A DNA stretch of 64,000 nt. It comes from Candidatus Hermodarchaeota archaeon. Lineage in GTDB: Archaea; Asgardarchaeota; Lokiarchaeia; Sigyniarchaeales; SOKP01. Below the pieces are notes generated by a model, which saw only the letters and a program-made list of their open reading frames with translations, was not told where the DNA came from and did no database searches. The stretch is from NCBI GenBank assembly GCA_048885535.1, contig JBHLLO010000006.1:15915-79914 (forward strand), written 5' to 3'. A program made the translations under genes and the position numbers. Positions 19,477 through 28,730 of the stretch are shown here, one piece after another. Each line of letters starts with the position of its first letter. Within the stretch, counting starts at the first letter, position 1.

Positions 19477-20478
19477 CTAATCTGTTACCCCATCTTCAGT
19501 AATCGAAAAAACAGCTTCTTCCTCGGGTAAATGTGGAGCATCAATTACTTTGGCTATTCTTTGCTCTCCTTTTCCTTTTCTTAATCGCACTCTAATTGTT
19601 GCTCCATGAGCTACCACATTTCCCCCAGTTGCTCTAAGCGGGTCTCCATAGAATACATCAGGTCTAGCAGAAACCTGGTTTGTGAATACAACAGCTAGCT
19701 CATCAAATATTTCAGTTAATCTTAGAAGATCATGGATGTGACCATTTAATATTTGCTGTCTATTGGCTAAAGTGCCTCTTCCAATATATTCACTGCGAAA
19801 ATGACCAATTATTGAATCAATAATTACTAATTTAATATTTTTTTCTTCAATGATTTTTGGTGATTCTTTCACCAATATAACTTGGTGATCACTATTATAT
19901 GCTCTTCCATAAGTAATATTTCGTAGTATTTTATTATAGTCTAAATCTTTTGCAGAAGCCATTTGTACAATACGTTCGGGTCTAAAAGTTCCTTCAGCAT
20001 CGATATATAAGGCATTTCCTTCAATTCCCCCCTCTTCATAAGGTAATTGTACATTCACACATAACTGATGAGCTATTTGCGTCTTTCCTGTTCGGTATTC
20101 CCCATAAAGCTCTGTCACCGCCTCGGTTTCTATACCTCCTCCCAATAAATCATCTAAATTTTGGCTACCTGTTGATAGTTTCTTTAGAATCTTTCTTTTT
20201 TCCCAAATAACATCTGCAGATTTAAACCCCATTTTTTCAATTTCTTGGGCAGCTTTTATAATTTTTTGAGCTGTTTTTTCTCCCAATCCCGCATCCTCAA
20301 CTAATTTTGTAAGAGGATAAACAGCTAAGATTCGAGTCGATATGATTCCTGCTTCCTTAAGTTTTTTTAAGGTAGCTTCACCTATTCCAGGAATATCTTC
20401 TAATTGGAATTGCACTTTATCTTGTTCTTTTTCAGTTTTGGAGTCCTCATCTTCTTGATTATTTTTTTTTTTAGCCAT
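19477..20478 (-). CDS. radA: DNA repair and recombination protein RadA
   Basis: N-terminal HhH domain, GEYRTGKTQ, YIDAEGTFRPER, FRSEYIGRGTLANRQQ, GGNVVAH. Confidence 0.95.
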   Translation of the reverse strand: MAKKKNNQEDEDSKTEKEQDKVQFQLEDIPGIGEATLKKLKEAGIISTRILAVYPLTKLVEDAGLGEKTAQKIIKAAQEIEKMGFKSADVIWEKRKILKKLSTGSQNLDDLLGGGIETEAVTELYGEYRTGKTQIAHQLCVNVQLPYEEGGIEGNALYIDAEGTFRPERIVQMASAKDLDYNKILRNITYGRAYNSDHQVILVKESPKIIEEKNIKLVIIDSIIGHFRSEYIGRGTLANRQQILNGHIHDLLRLTEIFDELAVVFTNQVSARPDVFYGDPLRATGGNVVAHGATIRVRLRKGKGEQRIAKVIDAPHLPEEEAVFSITEDGVTD

Positions 20479-20582
20479 AGGATTTCTAATCCTTTTATGA
20501 TTTAATTGTTATTCTATCAATTTATTATGATTACAATATAAAAATTATAATAAAATATTATTTAAGATTACAAAACACAAGT

Positions 20583-21293
20583 TTATTTTTTCTTTTGTGG
20601 AGTAGTTTTTATTGGAGCTTCTTTCCCGCTTCTAGTTATAAGAAGTAAAATAATAAATAATATAACTGAAAACAGCACAGTCAGTACAGCCATCGCTTCT
20701 GGTAACCATATATAGCTTAAATAGAGGAAAGGCAATACAAATAGGGCAATTATTACTATAAAGACAGGTATAGGAACTTCTTCACCCTTTAGATCGATTA
20801 ATAATGGAATAATAACCAATCCAACACTCATGGTTGCGGCAATTCTAAAACCCATTAGAATTCCAAAATCAACCCATGGTTCAATTTGAAATGTAGCTGT
20901 GTAGATATCAGGCATATAGAAAAACCAATACGGCGTAGTATTAGTTTGCATTGGAGGAATAGAAACCGGTAGAATTCCAGTTAGAATAATTTGGATAATA
21001 ATTGCTAAAACAAAATAAAGAATAATTTCATTAATTTCTTTTTTTTCTGAGGCTACTCCAAATAAATCACGAATCAAACAAATGTCCCAAAGGATGAATA
21101 ATATTAAATAAACTCCAAGAACATCAAAACCTAAACCCCAAAGATAATCCGAAGGTAAAAGGGCTAAGATATAGGCAAGGTATCCATATCTCTCGTTTCT
21201 TTTAAATACATCGAATATTAAAAACACTCCATAAATTATAAAACATATTACTAAAAATATGATCGTATCAATAGTAAATGCCATATTTAACAT
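20583..21293 (-). CDS. Multi-pass membrane protein of unknown function
   Basis: About 7 hydrophobic helices. Confidence 0.7.
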   Translation of the reverse strand: MLNMAFTIDTIIFLVICFIIYGVFLIFDVFKRNERYGYLAYILALLPSDYLWGLGFDVLGVYLILFILWDICLIRDLFGVASEKKEINEIILYFVLAIIIQIILTGILPVSIPPMQTNTTPYWFFYMPDIYTATFQIEPWVDFGILMGFRIAATMSVGLVIIPLLIDLKGEEVPIPVFIVIIALFVLPFLYLSYIWLPEAMAVLTVLFSVILFIILLLITRSGKEAPIKTTPQKKK

Positions 21294-21368
21294 TCCTTTT
21301 TGTTTTTAATTTTCATTTATTATTATTAATATAAAATCTTATTTTTTAAATCTTTAATAGATCAATTA

Positions 21369-22763
21369 TTATTTTTCATATAATAATTCTAATTCTGATA
21401 TAATTTTTGATAAAGCTTCAATCATTTTTTTAGATTTTGCGGGATCAGCTGATTCTGCTGAAAGAAGGACGGCATTTCTATTCAATGCAACCTTAATATT
21501 CGTATAAACGTTATCACCAATTATTTTAAGCTCATTAATAATATCTTGATACTTTAAATTATTTTCTTCAGCAAATTTTATCAAACGGTTATGGATATTA
21601 TCAGTTAATTCGGCAGAAATAGGTATTGTCTTACTAACTTTAATACCCTTTGGAAATCCCCTAGTTAGTGAGCTTAAAAGATCTTTCTGAGAAGTCATAA
21701 TTTCAAGAATTTTCAATAAAATGAAATTTCCGTCACTAAAGGGACTATATTGAGGGAAGTAGAATTTAAAAGTATCTGCTGCGGCAAAACATGCTCTTTC
21801 TTCTCTAATTTGTCTTGATATTTCCCCAGGCAGGTTTTCAACAAGTTTTATTGGAAATCCAGATTCTTGAATAAAACTTTTTACTACTAAAGAAATTGAA
21901 GGAGTGAGGATTATTGTATTAGATTTAGATCTTTGAATTCGATCATCATAGGTTATAAATAGCATCAATAAATCTTCATAGTTTAATTCTAAACCATTTT
22001 CATCTAAAACTAAGATTCTAGAACCATCAACATCAAAACAAATACCTATATGGCTATTTGAAGCCTTTACTATATTCGCGGTATTTCTAATTGTATTAAT
22101 ACTTGGAACAGGAATGTGTTCTCTCTGACGATAATGTGTGTTTAAAGCAATAACTTCCACACCAATATCGTTAACCAAAATAGGAGTAATCTTTCCTGTT
22201 GGACCGTATGAACAATCCACCACAATTTTAAGATCTGCTCCCTTAATTCTCTTTTTATCTACAAATTGTTCTAAAGACTTGATATATACATCTTGAGTCT
22301 GAGGGATAGCTGTTATTTGCCCTATTTTACTGGGTTCTACTCTTCTTACTTTTTCAGGGTAAATATTATAAGATTTTATTATCTTTTCAATTTCTGTCGG
22401 TGCAAATTCTATTCCTCCTGCATCAACAAACCTAACGCCTACATCCTCACTAAATAAATGACCACCAGAAAAATATGTTCCTCCCGTAGCTCCAAATCTT
22501 CTTATTGTAAACTGCAAAAGAGGATATGTACAATCAGATAAGTTCAATATATTAACACCAGTACTCATAAGACCAGAAGTATAAGCCCTCTTTAACATCC
22601 TACTGTCGTTATGATAATCTCTTCCTATTACGACAGTTTCATTTTCCTTAAACATACTTCCATGAATAGAACCAATTGAGCTTGAAACCTCAGGAGTAAA
22701 AATATAGTTTGCACGTCCCACTATTCGGCCGCTTTTCTTTAAGGTTTCAAGATCTTGAACCAT
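21369..22763 (-). CDS. Alpha-D-phosphohexomutase-fold protein (PMM/PGM-like) with a degenerate active site
   Basis: VVIGRD...SRMLKRA..SGL...GV, KIVVDCSYG and FDVDGSR; the phosphoserine loop (T/S)ASHN is replaced by SGGHL. Confidence 0.85.
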   Translation of the reverse strand: MVQDLETLKKSGRIVGRANYIFTPEVSSSIGSIHGSMFKENETVVIGRDYHNDSRMLKRAYTSGLMSTGVNILNLSDCTYPLLQFTIRRFGATGGTYFSGGHLFSEDVGVRFVDAGGIEFAPTEIEKIIKSYNIYPEKVRRVEPSKIGQITAIPQTQDVYIKSLEQFVDKKRIKGADLKIVVDCSYGPTGKITPILVNDIGVEVIALNTHYRQREHIPVPSINTIRNTANIVKASNSHIGICFDVDGSRILVLDENGLELNYEDLLMLFITYDDRIQRSKSNTIILTPSISLVVKSFIQESGFPIKLVENLPGEISRQIREERACFAAADTFKFYFPQYSPFSDGNFILLKILEIMTSQKDLLSSLTRGFPKGIKVSKTIPISAELTDNIHNRLIKFAEENNLKYQDIINELKIIGDNVYTNIKVALNRNAVLLSAESADPAKSKKMIEALSKIISELELLYEK

Positions 22764-22939
22764 CTAAATCACTTGAATTTTGAAATTTCAATTGGAAATT
22801 ATATATTATATAGCTAGTTATAAATTTATAACTTTAACTGTTTTAATAAATTAAAAAAAGTTAATTGCTATAGAAAATTTGAAAATTTAGTATTCTGATT
22901 TTCAGAACTGTTAGATTGCTGTTATGAGAGTTGTAAATC

Positions 22940-24658
22940 ATGTCAGAAAAATTAGGTTCATTCGTATTAGTATTACATTCACATTTACCCTGGGTTCTTA
23001 ATCATGGGATATGGCCTCATGGTATGAGTTGGGTTAATGAAGCAGCGGCAGAAACATATCTCCCATTGTTACAAGAATTATATAAACTTATGGATGATGG
23101 ATACCATCCAAAATTAACTATAGGACTTACACCAGTTTTGTGTGAAATGCTCAGACATCCAAGCTTTATCGATGGTTTTATTGGATATTTAGATGAAAGA
23201 GTTGCTGCAGCCCTTCATGATTATGATAATTTCACAGAAAACAAATATCACGACGGAAGAATAAAATTAGCGAAATGGTGGGAAGATTTTTATGAACGTG
23301 TAAGAGATGATTTTGTACATAGATTTAATAGGGATATAATTGGAGGATTTAAAAAACTTCAAGATGATGGCTTGCTAGACATCATTACATGTGGAGCAAC
23401 ACATGGTTACTCACCTTTACTCTCAAAAGACACATCAATTGACGCTCAATTTAAAACAGCCATTGATAATTATGAAATGCACTTTGGAAGAAAACCCACT
23501 GGAGCTTGGCTTCCTGAGTGTGCATACCGCCCTGGTTATCGATGGAAAAACCCTATTACAGGTGAAGAGTATAATCGCCCTGGAATTGAATATTTTCTAG
23601 CTAAAAATGGTTTGAAATACTTTTTTGTGGATACTGCTCTATTATTAGGAGGAAAATCTCAAGGTGTATATGCCGCAAGATTTCCCTTATTAAAGGAATT
23701 ATGGAAACAATTTGCTGATCAATATGAAGAAATTCCTACTTCATTCGAAAAATCTCAGTATGAACCGTATTTAGTATCTACAGATCCATCAACTAGATCA
23801 CCTGTAGCTTTTTTTACGCGTGATGAGAAAACTGGAATCGTCGTATGGAGCGGTGAGCATGGATATCCTGGATGTGCTGAATATCTAGACTTCCATAAGA
23901 AGCACTGGCCCTCGGGAAATAAATATTGGAAGGTAACCCATGCAAAACTTGACCTCGGAGCAAAAATGTTATATTGGCCTGAGGATATTCCAGGAAAATT
24001 AGATGAAAATGCAGGACATTATGTACAACTCATTAAGGATATTTTGAGGGATTATAATGAAAGATTTGGGAATAACGGAATTGTAGTAGCCCCCTACGAT
24101 TGTGAACTCTTTGGACATTGGTGGTTTGAAGGGAATTGGTGGTTAGCAAGAATTTTAAGATGGATAGAGGATGATCCAGCAATTGAATTAACAAACACTA
24201 GATTATTTGTAGAGCAAAATCCCCCTAATAAAGTTGTACAAATCATTGAAGGAAGCTGGGGGCAAGGATCAAGTCACTGGGTTTGGTTAAATGAATGGAC
24301 AACTTGGACATGGGAAAAGATTTACGAATGTGAGGCTAAAAGCGAAGATATTATGGCTAAGTACAAGGATTCTACAGATGAGAATCTAATTAAAATCTTA
24401 AAACAAATGGCTAGAGAATTGCTCCTCTTAGAAAGCTCAGATTGGCAGTTTTTAATAACAACATGGTCCGCACGAGATTACGCTGAGAATCGTATTGCAC
24501 TACATTATGAAAATTTTAATAGGTTATATGATATGGCTTCAATGTATGGGCAGGGTGAGCATATTGACGAGGGAGAATGGCATTTTCTTGGAATTCTTGA
24601 AGCTAATGATGGCATCTTTATGGATATTGATCTTACTCCCTTTGCAAAGGGAGAATAA
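22940..24658 (+). CDS. GH57 1,4-alpha-glucan branching enzyme (DUF1957-type)
   Basis: LVLHSHLPWV, CGATHGYSPL, WLPECAY (nucleophile), PYDCELFGHWWFEG (acid/base), ARELLLLESSDWQF. Confidence 0.93.
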   Translation: MSEKLGSFVLVLHSHLPWVLNHGIWPHGMSWVNEAAAETYLPLLQELYKLMDDGYHPKLTIGLTPVLCEMLRHPSFIDGFIGYLDERVAAALHDYDNFTENKYHDGRIKLAKWWEDFYERVRDDFVHRFNRDIIGGFKKLQDDGLLDIITCGATHGYSPLLSKDTSIDAQFKTAIDNYEMHFGRKPTGAWLPECAYRPGYRWKNPITGEEYNRPGIEYFLAKNGLKYFFVDTALLLGGKSQGVYAARFPLLKELWKQFADQYEEIPTSFEKSQYEPYLVSTDPSTRSPVAFFTRDEKTGIVVWSGEHGYPGCAEYLDFHKKHWPSGNKYWKVTHAKLDLGAKMLYWPEDIPGKLDENAGHYVQLIKDILRDYNERFGNNGIVVAPYDCELFGHWWFEGNWWLARILRWIEDDPAIELTNTRLFVEQNPPNKVVQIIEGSWGQGSSHWVWLNEWTTWTWEKIYECEAKSEDIMAKYKDSTDENLIKILKQMARELLLLESSDWQFLITTWSARDYAENRIALHYENFNRLYDMASMYGQGEHIDEGEWHFLGILEANDGIFMDIDLTPFAKGE

Positions 24659-24676
24659 AATAATGATTAGAAAGTC

Positions 24677-25195
24677 TCATACACCTTTTAATTGGTACCC
24701 ACAATGAGGGCAGATTGAAACTAATGAATCAATTTGACCCCCACATTCAGGGCATATTGGTTCTTTGACCAATTTAAGAAATGCATCTTTTTTTGTTTTG
24801 AGTTCTACTAATAATTCAGATTTACTCCTTGAGCTAGATTTAGTTTTAAAAAAACTAAATATCAAGCATGCTAAAATTATTCCGAGAATTATGGGAAGAA
24901 TTATATTAATAATTGGAAAAGGATAAGTGAATACAATACTGATAATTAAAACAATTGTAAAAGATATGATAAAAATTAAGCATACAATATTTAAAGGAAC
25001 ATTTTTAGTTGCTAATTCTATCTGCTTATCATAATAACAAACTTTGCAGATTTCATGATGAGTAGAATAAGTATCATCTTTTCCTCCATGAATTGCATGA
25101 AATATTTCTTTACACTCAACACAGATTGGCTTCCCACACATCTCACACTTAGTAATAGCATCCCTTTTCGGGTGATAAAAGCAAATTAAACTCAT
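24677..25195 (-). CDS. Membrane protein with N-terminal B-box-like zinc finger and C-terminal zinc ribbon
   Basis: CFYH...CEMCGKPICVEC...CKVC, two TM helices, CPEC...CPHC. Confidence 0.75.
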   Translation of the reverse strand: MSLICFYHPKRDAITKCEMCGKPICVECKEIFHAIHGGKDDTYSTHHEICKVCYYDKQIELATKNVPLNIVCLIFIISFTIVLIISIVFTYPFPIINIILPIILGIILACLIFSFFKTKSSSRSKSELLVELKTKKDAFLKLVKEPICPECGGQIDSLVSICPHCGYQLKGV

Positions 25196-25322
25196 CTTAT
25201 TGGATTATATTTAGACAATTTTTTATAAAAACATTATGTAATCTCAAATTTAAAAATTAGAATGAAAGATTTTTATAGGTACAAATTTCAAATATTGTTT
25301 AAAAAAACTATAGGTTTTAATA

Positions 25323-25805
25323 TTGAATACGAATAATATTACTGAGATTGATTTTGGGACTCTGAAAGTAGACCATATATGCTTTATTTATAAGAAGGCT
25401 GAAAAGCAAGCAAAAATAATGGAAACTTTATTTAAAATGCCAAAATTCAGCTTTTCAGAAGTTATCGATAACCCTGCTATTTATAGGGGGAAAGAAACAG
25501 AGTTTTCTTTGAAGATTGGAATCAGTAGATGTTTTAATACATCAATTGAGATCTTTCAATGGCTCAATGGCGATGGCATTTATAAAGAATTTGTAGATGC
25601 TAACAAGGAGGGATTACATCATTTTGGTTGTTATGTTGATAATCTTGAAAATTATATTAATCACTTTCAGAACAAGGGTATAGAGGTTATACAAACTGGT
25701 TTTTTTAATTTTGGTAAATTACACTATATGTATTTGGATACTGAGAAAATCTTTGGCACTATAATTGAAATTTTGGAAATAATTAAGAGAAAGAGATCTA
25801 AATAG
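25323..25805 (+). CDS. VOC/glyoxalase family protein (methylmalonyl-CoA epimerase-like)
   Basis: VDHICF, IEIFQ, EGLHHFG, YMYLDT...GTIIEILE. Confidence 0.85.
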   Translation: MNTNNITEIDFGTLKVDHICFIYKKAEKQAKIMETLFKMPKFSFSEVIDNPAIYRGKETEFSLKIGISRCFNTSIEIFQWLNGDGIYKEFVDANKEGLHHFGCYVDNLENYINHFQNKGIEVIQTGFFNFGKLHYMYLDTEKIFGTIIEILEIIKRKRSK

Positions 25806-25819
25806 CAATCTAATTATAT

Positions 25820-27412
25820 TTAATCCTTTTTTTTAAAATATTCAATTTTTATATCCTTGAAACAGGAATCAATGTCCTCAATATTTTCTAACTCACTTAA
25901 TGAAATTCTTGATTTATCGTTAAAATCTTTAGCTGCCCATATTAATTTTAGAAATCTTTGGTGATGATGATGGAACCTTTGGTTTGCATAATCTTTTGCT
26001 TGCTTTGTATAAAGAAGAAAAGGCCAATCACTACCTTCCATTAAGAGAAGCTCTCGAGCAATCTGTTCAAGAATCCTTCTTTCCTCACCTGTAGGAGTTA
26101 GAAACTTTTGCAAGAGCTCTTCAAATTCTTTAATTGAACCATTGATATAGGGCCAAATCCAACCATGCTCAGGGTTTTTCCAGACTCTAAAATCACCCCC
26201 TTCTCCCCAACTGCTTTCCTTCATTTCAATTATTGAAAAATTCTCTTTATATTTCGAAATGTATTCGGAAATAGTGATCATTTCTACTTTATCACTGGAA
26301 TTAATTAATTTTAAAATACTGTTTAACCAATTGACACCTTCGCCCCACCAATGCCCATATAATTCAAAATCGAATGGTGAAACAATGATTCCTGGAAAAT
26401 CCCATTCTTTAGAAAAATGAGATAACTCTGATTCAATTAAAGATATGAAATGATTAGCATGAGACTGAATGACCTCAATAGCTTTATCGATGTCATATAA
26501 TAGTTTTTTACCATTTTCTATTCTTTTACCGGTTACCCTCCAATAATGCAGACCAGATTCAGGATCCTTCCTATGAAACTCTCTGTAATATTCATTTCCG
26601 GGATATCCTATTCTAGCGTCCCATACTTGTCTACTTGTCTTCTGATTTCGCCCAAAAGCAGAGACTCCTGTTTTTAAGGAAAATCCAATATTAGTATTCA
26701 AACCGACCTCATTTTTCTGTTCTAAGATCTCAGCATTTAAGATTCCCTGGGAATCTACAAAAAAATATTCAATTCCAGAATTATTCAGCCAATAATCAAT
26801 ACTTTCCCTAATTTTTCCTTGAAAAACTAATTTTGGACGATATGCGCATTCTGGAAGCCAAATACCTTTTGGAGGCTTCCCAAAATGTTTTTTATGGGTA
26901 TCTACAGCCATTTGAATCTGAGAAAAAAGTCCTGAATCACTCTCGAACAATGGTAAAAAACCATGAGTTGCCGCACAAGAAATTAATTCAATCATCCCTT
27001 CATTTTCTAACCATTTAAAACTTCCTAAAAGATCTCGATAATAATTATGATAGAAGGTATGTAGAATGTATTCAAAATTTTTTAAATGGAATTCAGCAAT
27101 TTTTTTTCTTTGAGGCTGATGCTCAAATCTTTGAATATCAGATTTCGCTCTTTTTATTAAATCATATATATATTCAGAGAAACGTTGTTTCATATACTCA
27201 TCAGCCATAAGTTCTGCTAAGATGGGAGTTATATTGATTGTAATCGCTGTTTTAATCCCTCTTTCCTTAAGTTCTCTCAAAACATTTAATATTGGAATAT
27301 AAGTTTCTAAAGCTGCTTCGAAATACCAAATTTCGCCTGCAGGCCAAACCCCACTTTTCTTACACCAGGGCATATGCCCATGTAAAACTAACCCAAAAAA
27401 TCCCAGACTCAT
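25820..27412 (-). CDS. GH57 1,4-alpha-glucan branching enzyme, second paralog
   Basis: LVLHGHMPW, CAATHGFLPL, WLPECAY, PFDFELYGHWWGEG, ARELLLMEGSDWPF. Confidence 0.92.
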   Translation of the reverse strand: MSLGFFGLVLHGHMPWCKKSGVWPAGEIWYFEAALETYIPILNVLRELKERGIKTAITINITPILAELMADEYMKQRFSEYIYDLIKRAKSDIQRFEHQPQRKKIAEFHLKNFEYILHTFYHNYYRDLLGSFKWLENEGMIELISCAATHGFLPLFESDSGLFSQIQMAVDTHKKHFGKPPKGIWLPECAYRPKLVFQGKIRESIDYWLNNSGIEYFFVDSQGILNAEILEQKNEVGLNTNIGFSLKTGVSAFGRNQKTSRQVWDARIGYPGNEYYREFHRKDPESGLHYWRVTGKRIENGKKLLYDIDKAIEVIQSHANHFISLIESELSHFSKEWDFPGIIVSPFDFELYGHWWGEGVNWLNSILKLINSSDKVEMITISEYISKYKENFSIIEMKESSWGEGGDFRVWKNPEHGWIWPYINGSIKEFEELLQKFLTPTGEERRILEQIARELLLMEGSDWPFLLYTKQAKDYANQRFHHHHQRFLKLIWAAKDFNDKSRISLSELENIEDIDSCFKDIKIEYFKKKD

Positions 27413-27446
27413 AATTTATGTATAAATTAGTGTTTGATTTTAGAAA

Positions 27447-28595
27447 TTAAATTTGTTCACCAAGATCGATTACCTTATCTCTCAATTCTAAATCATCACT
27501 TACCTTACTAGTTGGAGCGACAATTGTATTATATAAAACTACATTATTACCTATTTCGCAATTATCACAAATGACGGATTCTATAATTTTGCAACCTGCT
27601 CCTATTTTAACATTATCCCAGATTACACTTTTTTCTAATATAGTATCTTCTCCAATCTTAACTTGATTTCCTATTGAAGTCAATTCTTTTATTTTAACCC
27701 TATTTCCAAGCTCTACAAATTCTCCAAAACAGGTAGGTTTTTCAATGGTTACATTTTGTCCAGAGTCAATAATACCCATAACAAAAACTTCATCATATTC
27801 CTCTCCGTTTGGAGTAATTGGCCATGCATACTTACGTAACAAATCCCAATTTGCCCATTTATAGGTTTGGGCATTTCCACAATCTAACCAATAATAATTT
27901 TTTACAAACCCATATAGATCAAATTCATTTTCGAGTAAAAATGGAAATACTTCTCCCCCAAAATCCATCAATTTAGTCTTAGTAAGAACGTCTGCTATTT
28001 CTTTTTTGAAACAATAGATACCCGTATTTATAATATTTGTATGTAAAAATAAATCTGTTCTCTGAGCCATACTACTTAAATATAATTCCATTGGAGCAGG
28101 TTTCTCTAAAAATAAGTATATCTTTCTATTTTTATCTAGCAATACTACCCCATACTGACTGGTATGACTTTCACTAGTTTTCATCGAAATGGTCGCCATA
28201 CCTCCTTTTTCAGTGTGGAATTTCATAAAATCTTTCATTGGAAGATTAGTTACTATATCTGCCATACTAACTACGGTTTTTTCAGAATCTATTTTATCAA
28301 TTGAAAGTCTATATGCATCAGCGGTACCCTTACTTTCCTGAATTAAACATTCTAGTTCAACATCTCCTAACTTATCTGGGGTCCACGTTTTTTTAATATG
28401 CTCCTTTATTAATTTTCCTTGCCATGCTAATGCTAGAATTATATACTTGATATCTGCATATATTAAATGTGCTATAGAATAGTCCACCATCGGCTTATTT
28501 GTGACCTTTACTAACGGTTTTGGAATTTGAGATGTCAAGGGCATTAATCTAGTGCCCCTACCACCAGCTAATATAATTGCTGACCATTCTCTCAA
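27447..28595 (-). CDS. Sugar-1-phosphate nucleotidyltransferase with left-handed beta-helix (GMPP/CugP/GlgC-like)
   Basis: ILAGGRGTRLMPLT..IPKPL, FLEKP, INTGIY, YWLDCG and C-terminal hexapeptide repeats. Confidence 0.9.
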   Translation of the reverse strand: MREWSAIILAGGRGTRLMPLTSQIPKPLVKVTNKPMVDYSIAHLIYADIKYIILALAWQGKLIKEHIKKTWTPDKLGDVELECLIQESKGTADAYRLSIDKIDSEKTVVSMADIVTNLPMKDFMKFHTEKGGMATISMKTSESHTSQYGVVLLDKNRKIYLFLEKPAPMELYLSSMAQRTDLFLHTNIINTGIYCFKKEIADVLTKTKLMDFGGEVFPFLLENEFDLYGFVKNYYWLDCGNAQTYKWANWDLLRKYAWPITPNGEEYDEVFVMGIIDSGQNVTIEKPTCFGEFVELGNRVKIKELTSIGNQVKIGEDTILEKSVIWDNVKIGAGCKIIESVICDNCEIGNNVVLYNTIVAPTSKVSDDLELRDKVIDLGEQI

Positions 28596-28730
28596 TGAAT
28601 CTTCCTCAAATAATAATCATTATTTATATGGATAATAGCAGATATAAATCTAGTTTTATTTGAAATTTAAAAGTTATTAAAATGAATAGAAAGGTTCGTT
28701 TTTAAAATAAATTTAAAAACATGTACAAAT

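Noticed and set aside
7746-20478. Inteins in AtpA or RadA (common insertion hosts)
   Set aside because: Both proteins have normal length and uninterrupted P-loop regions
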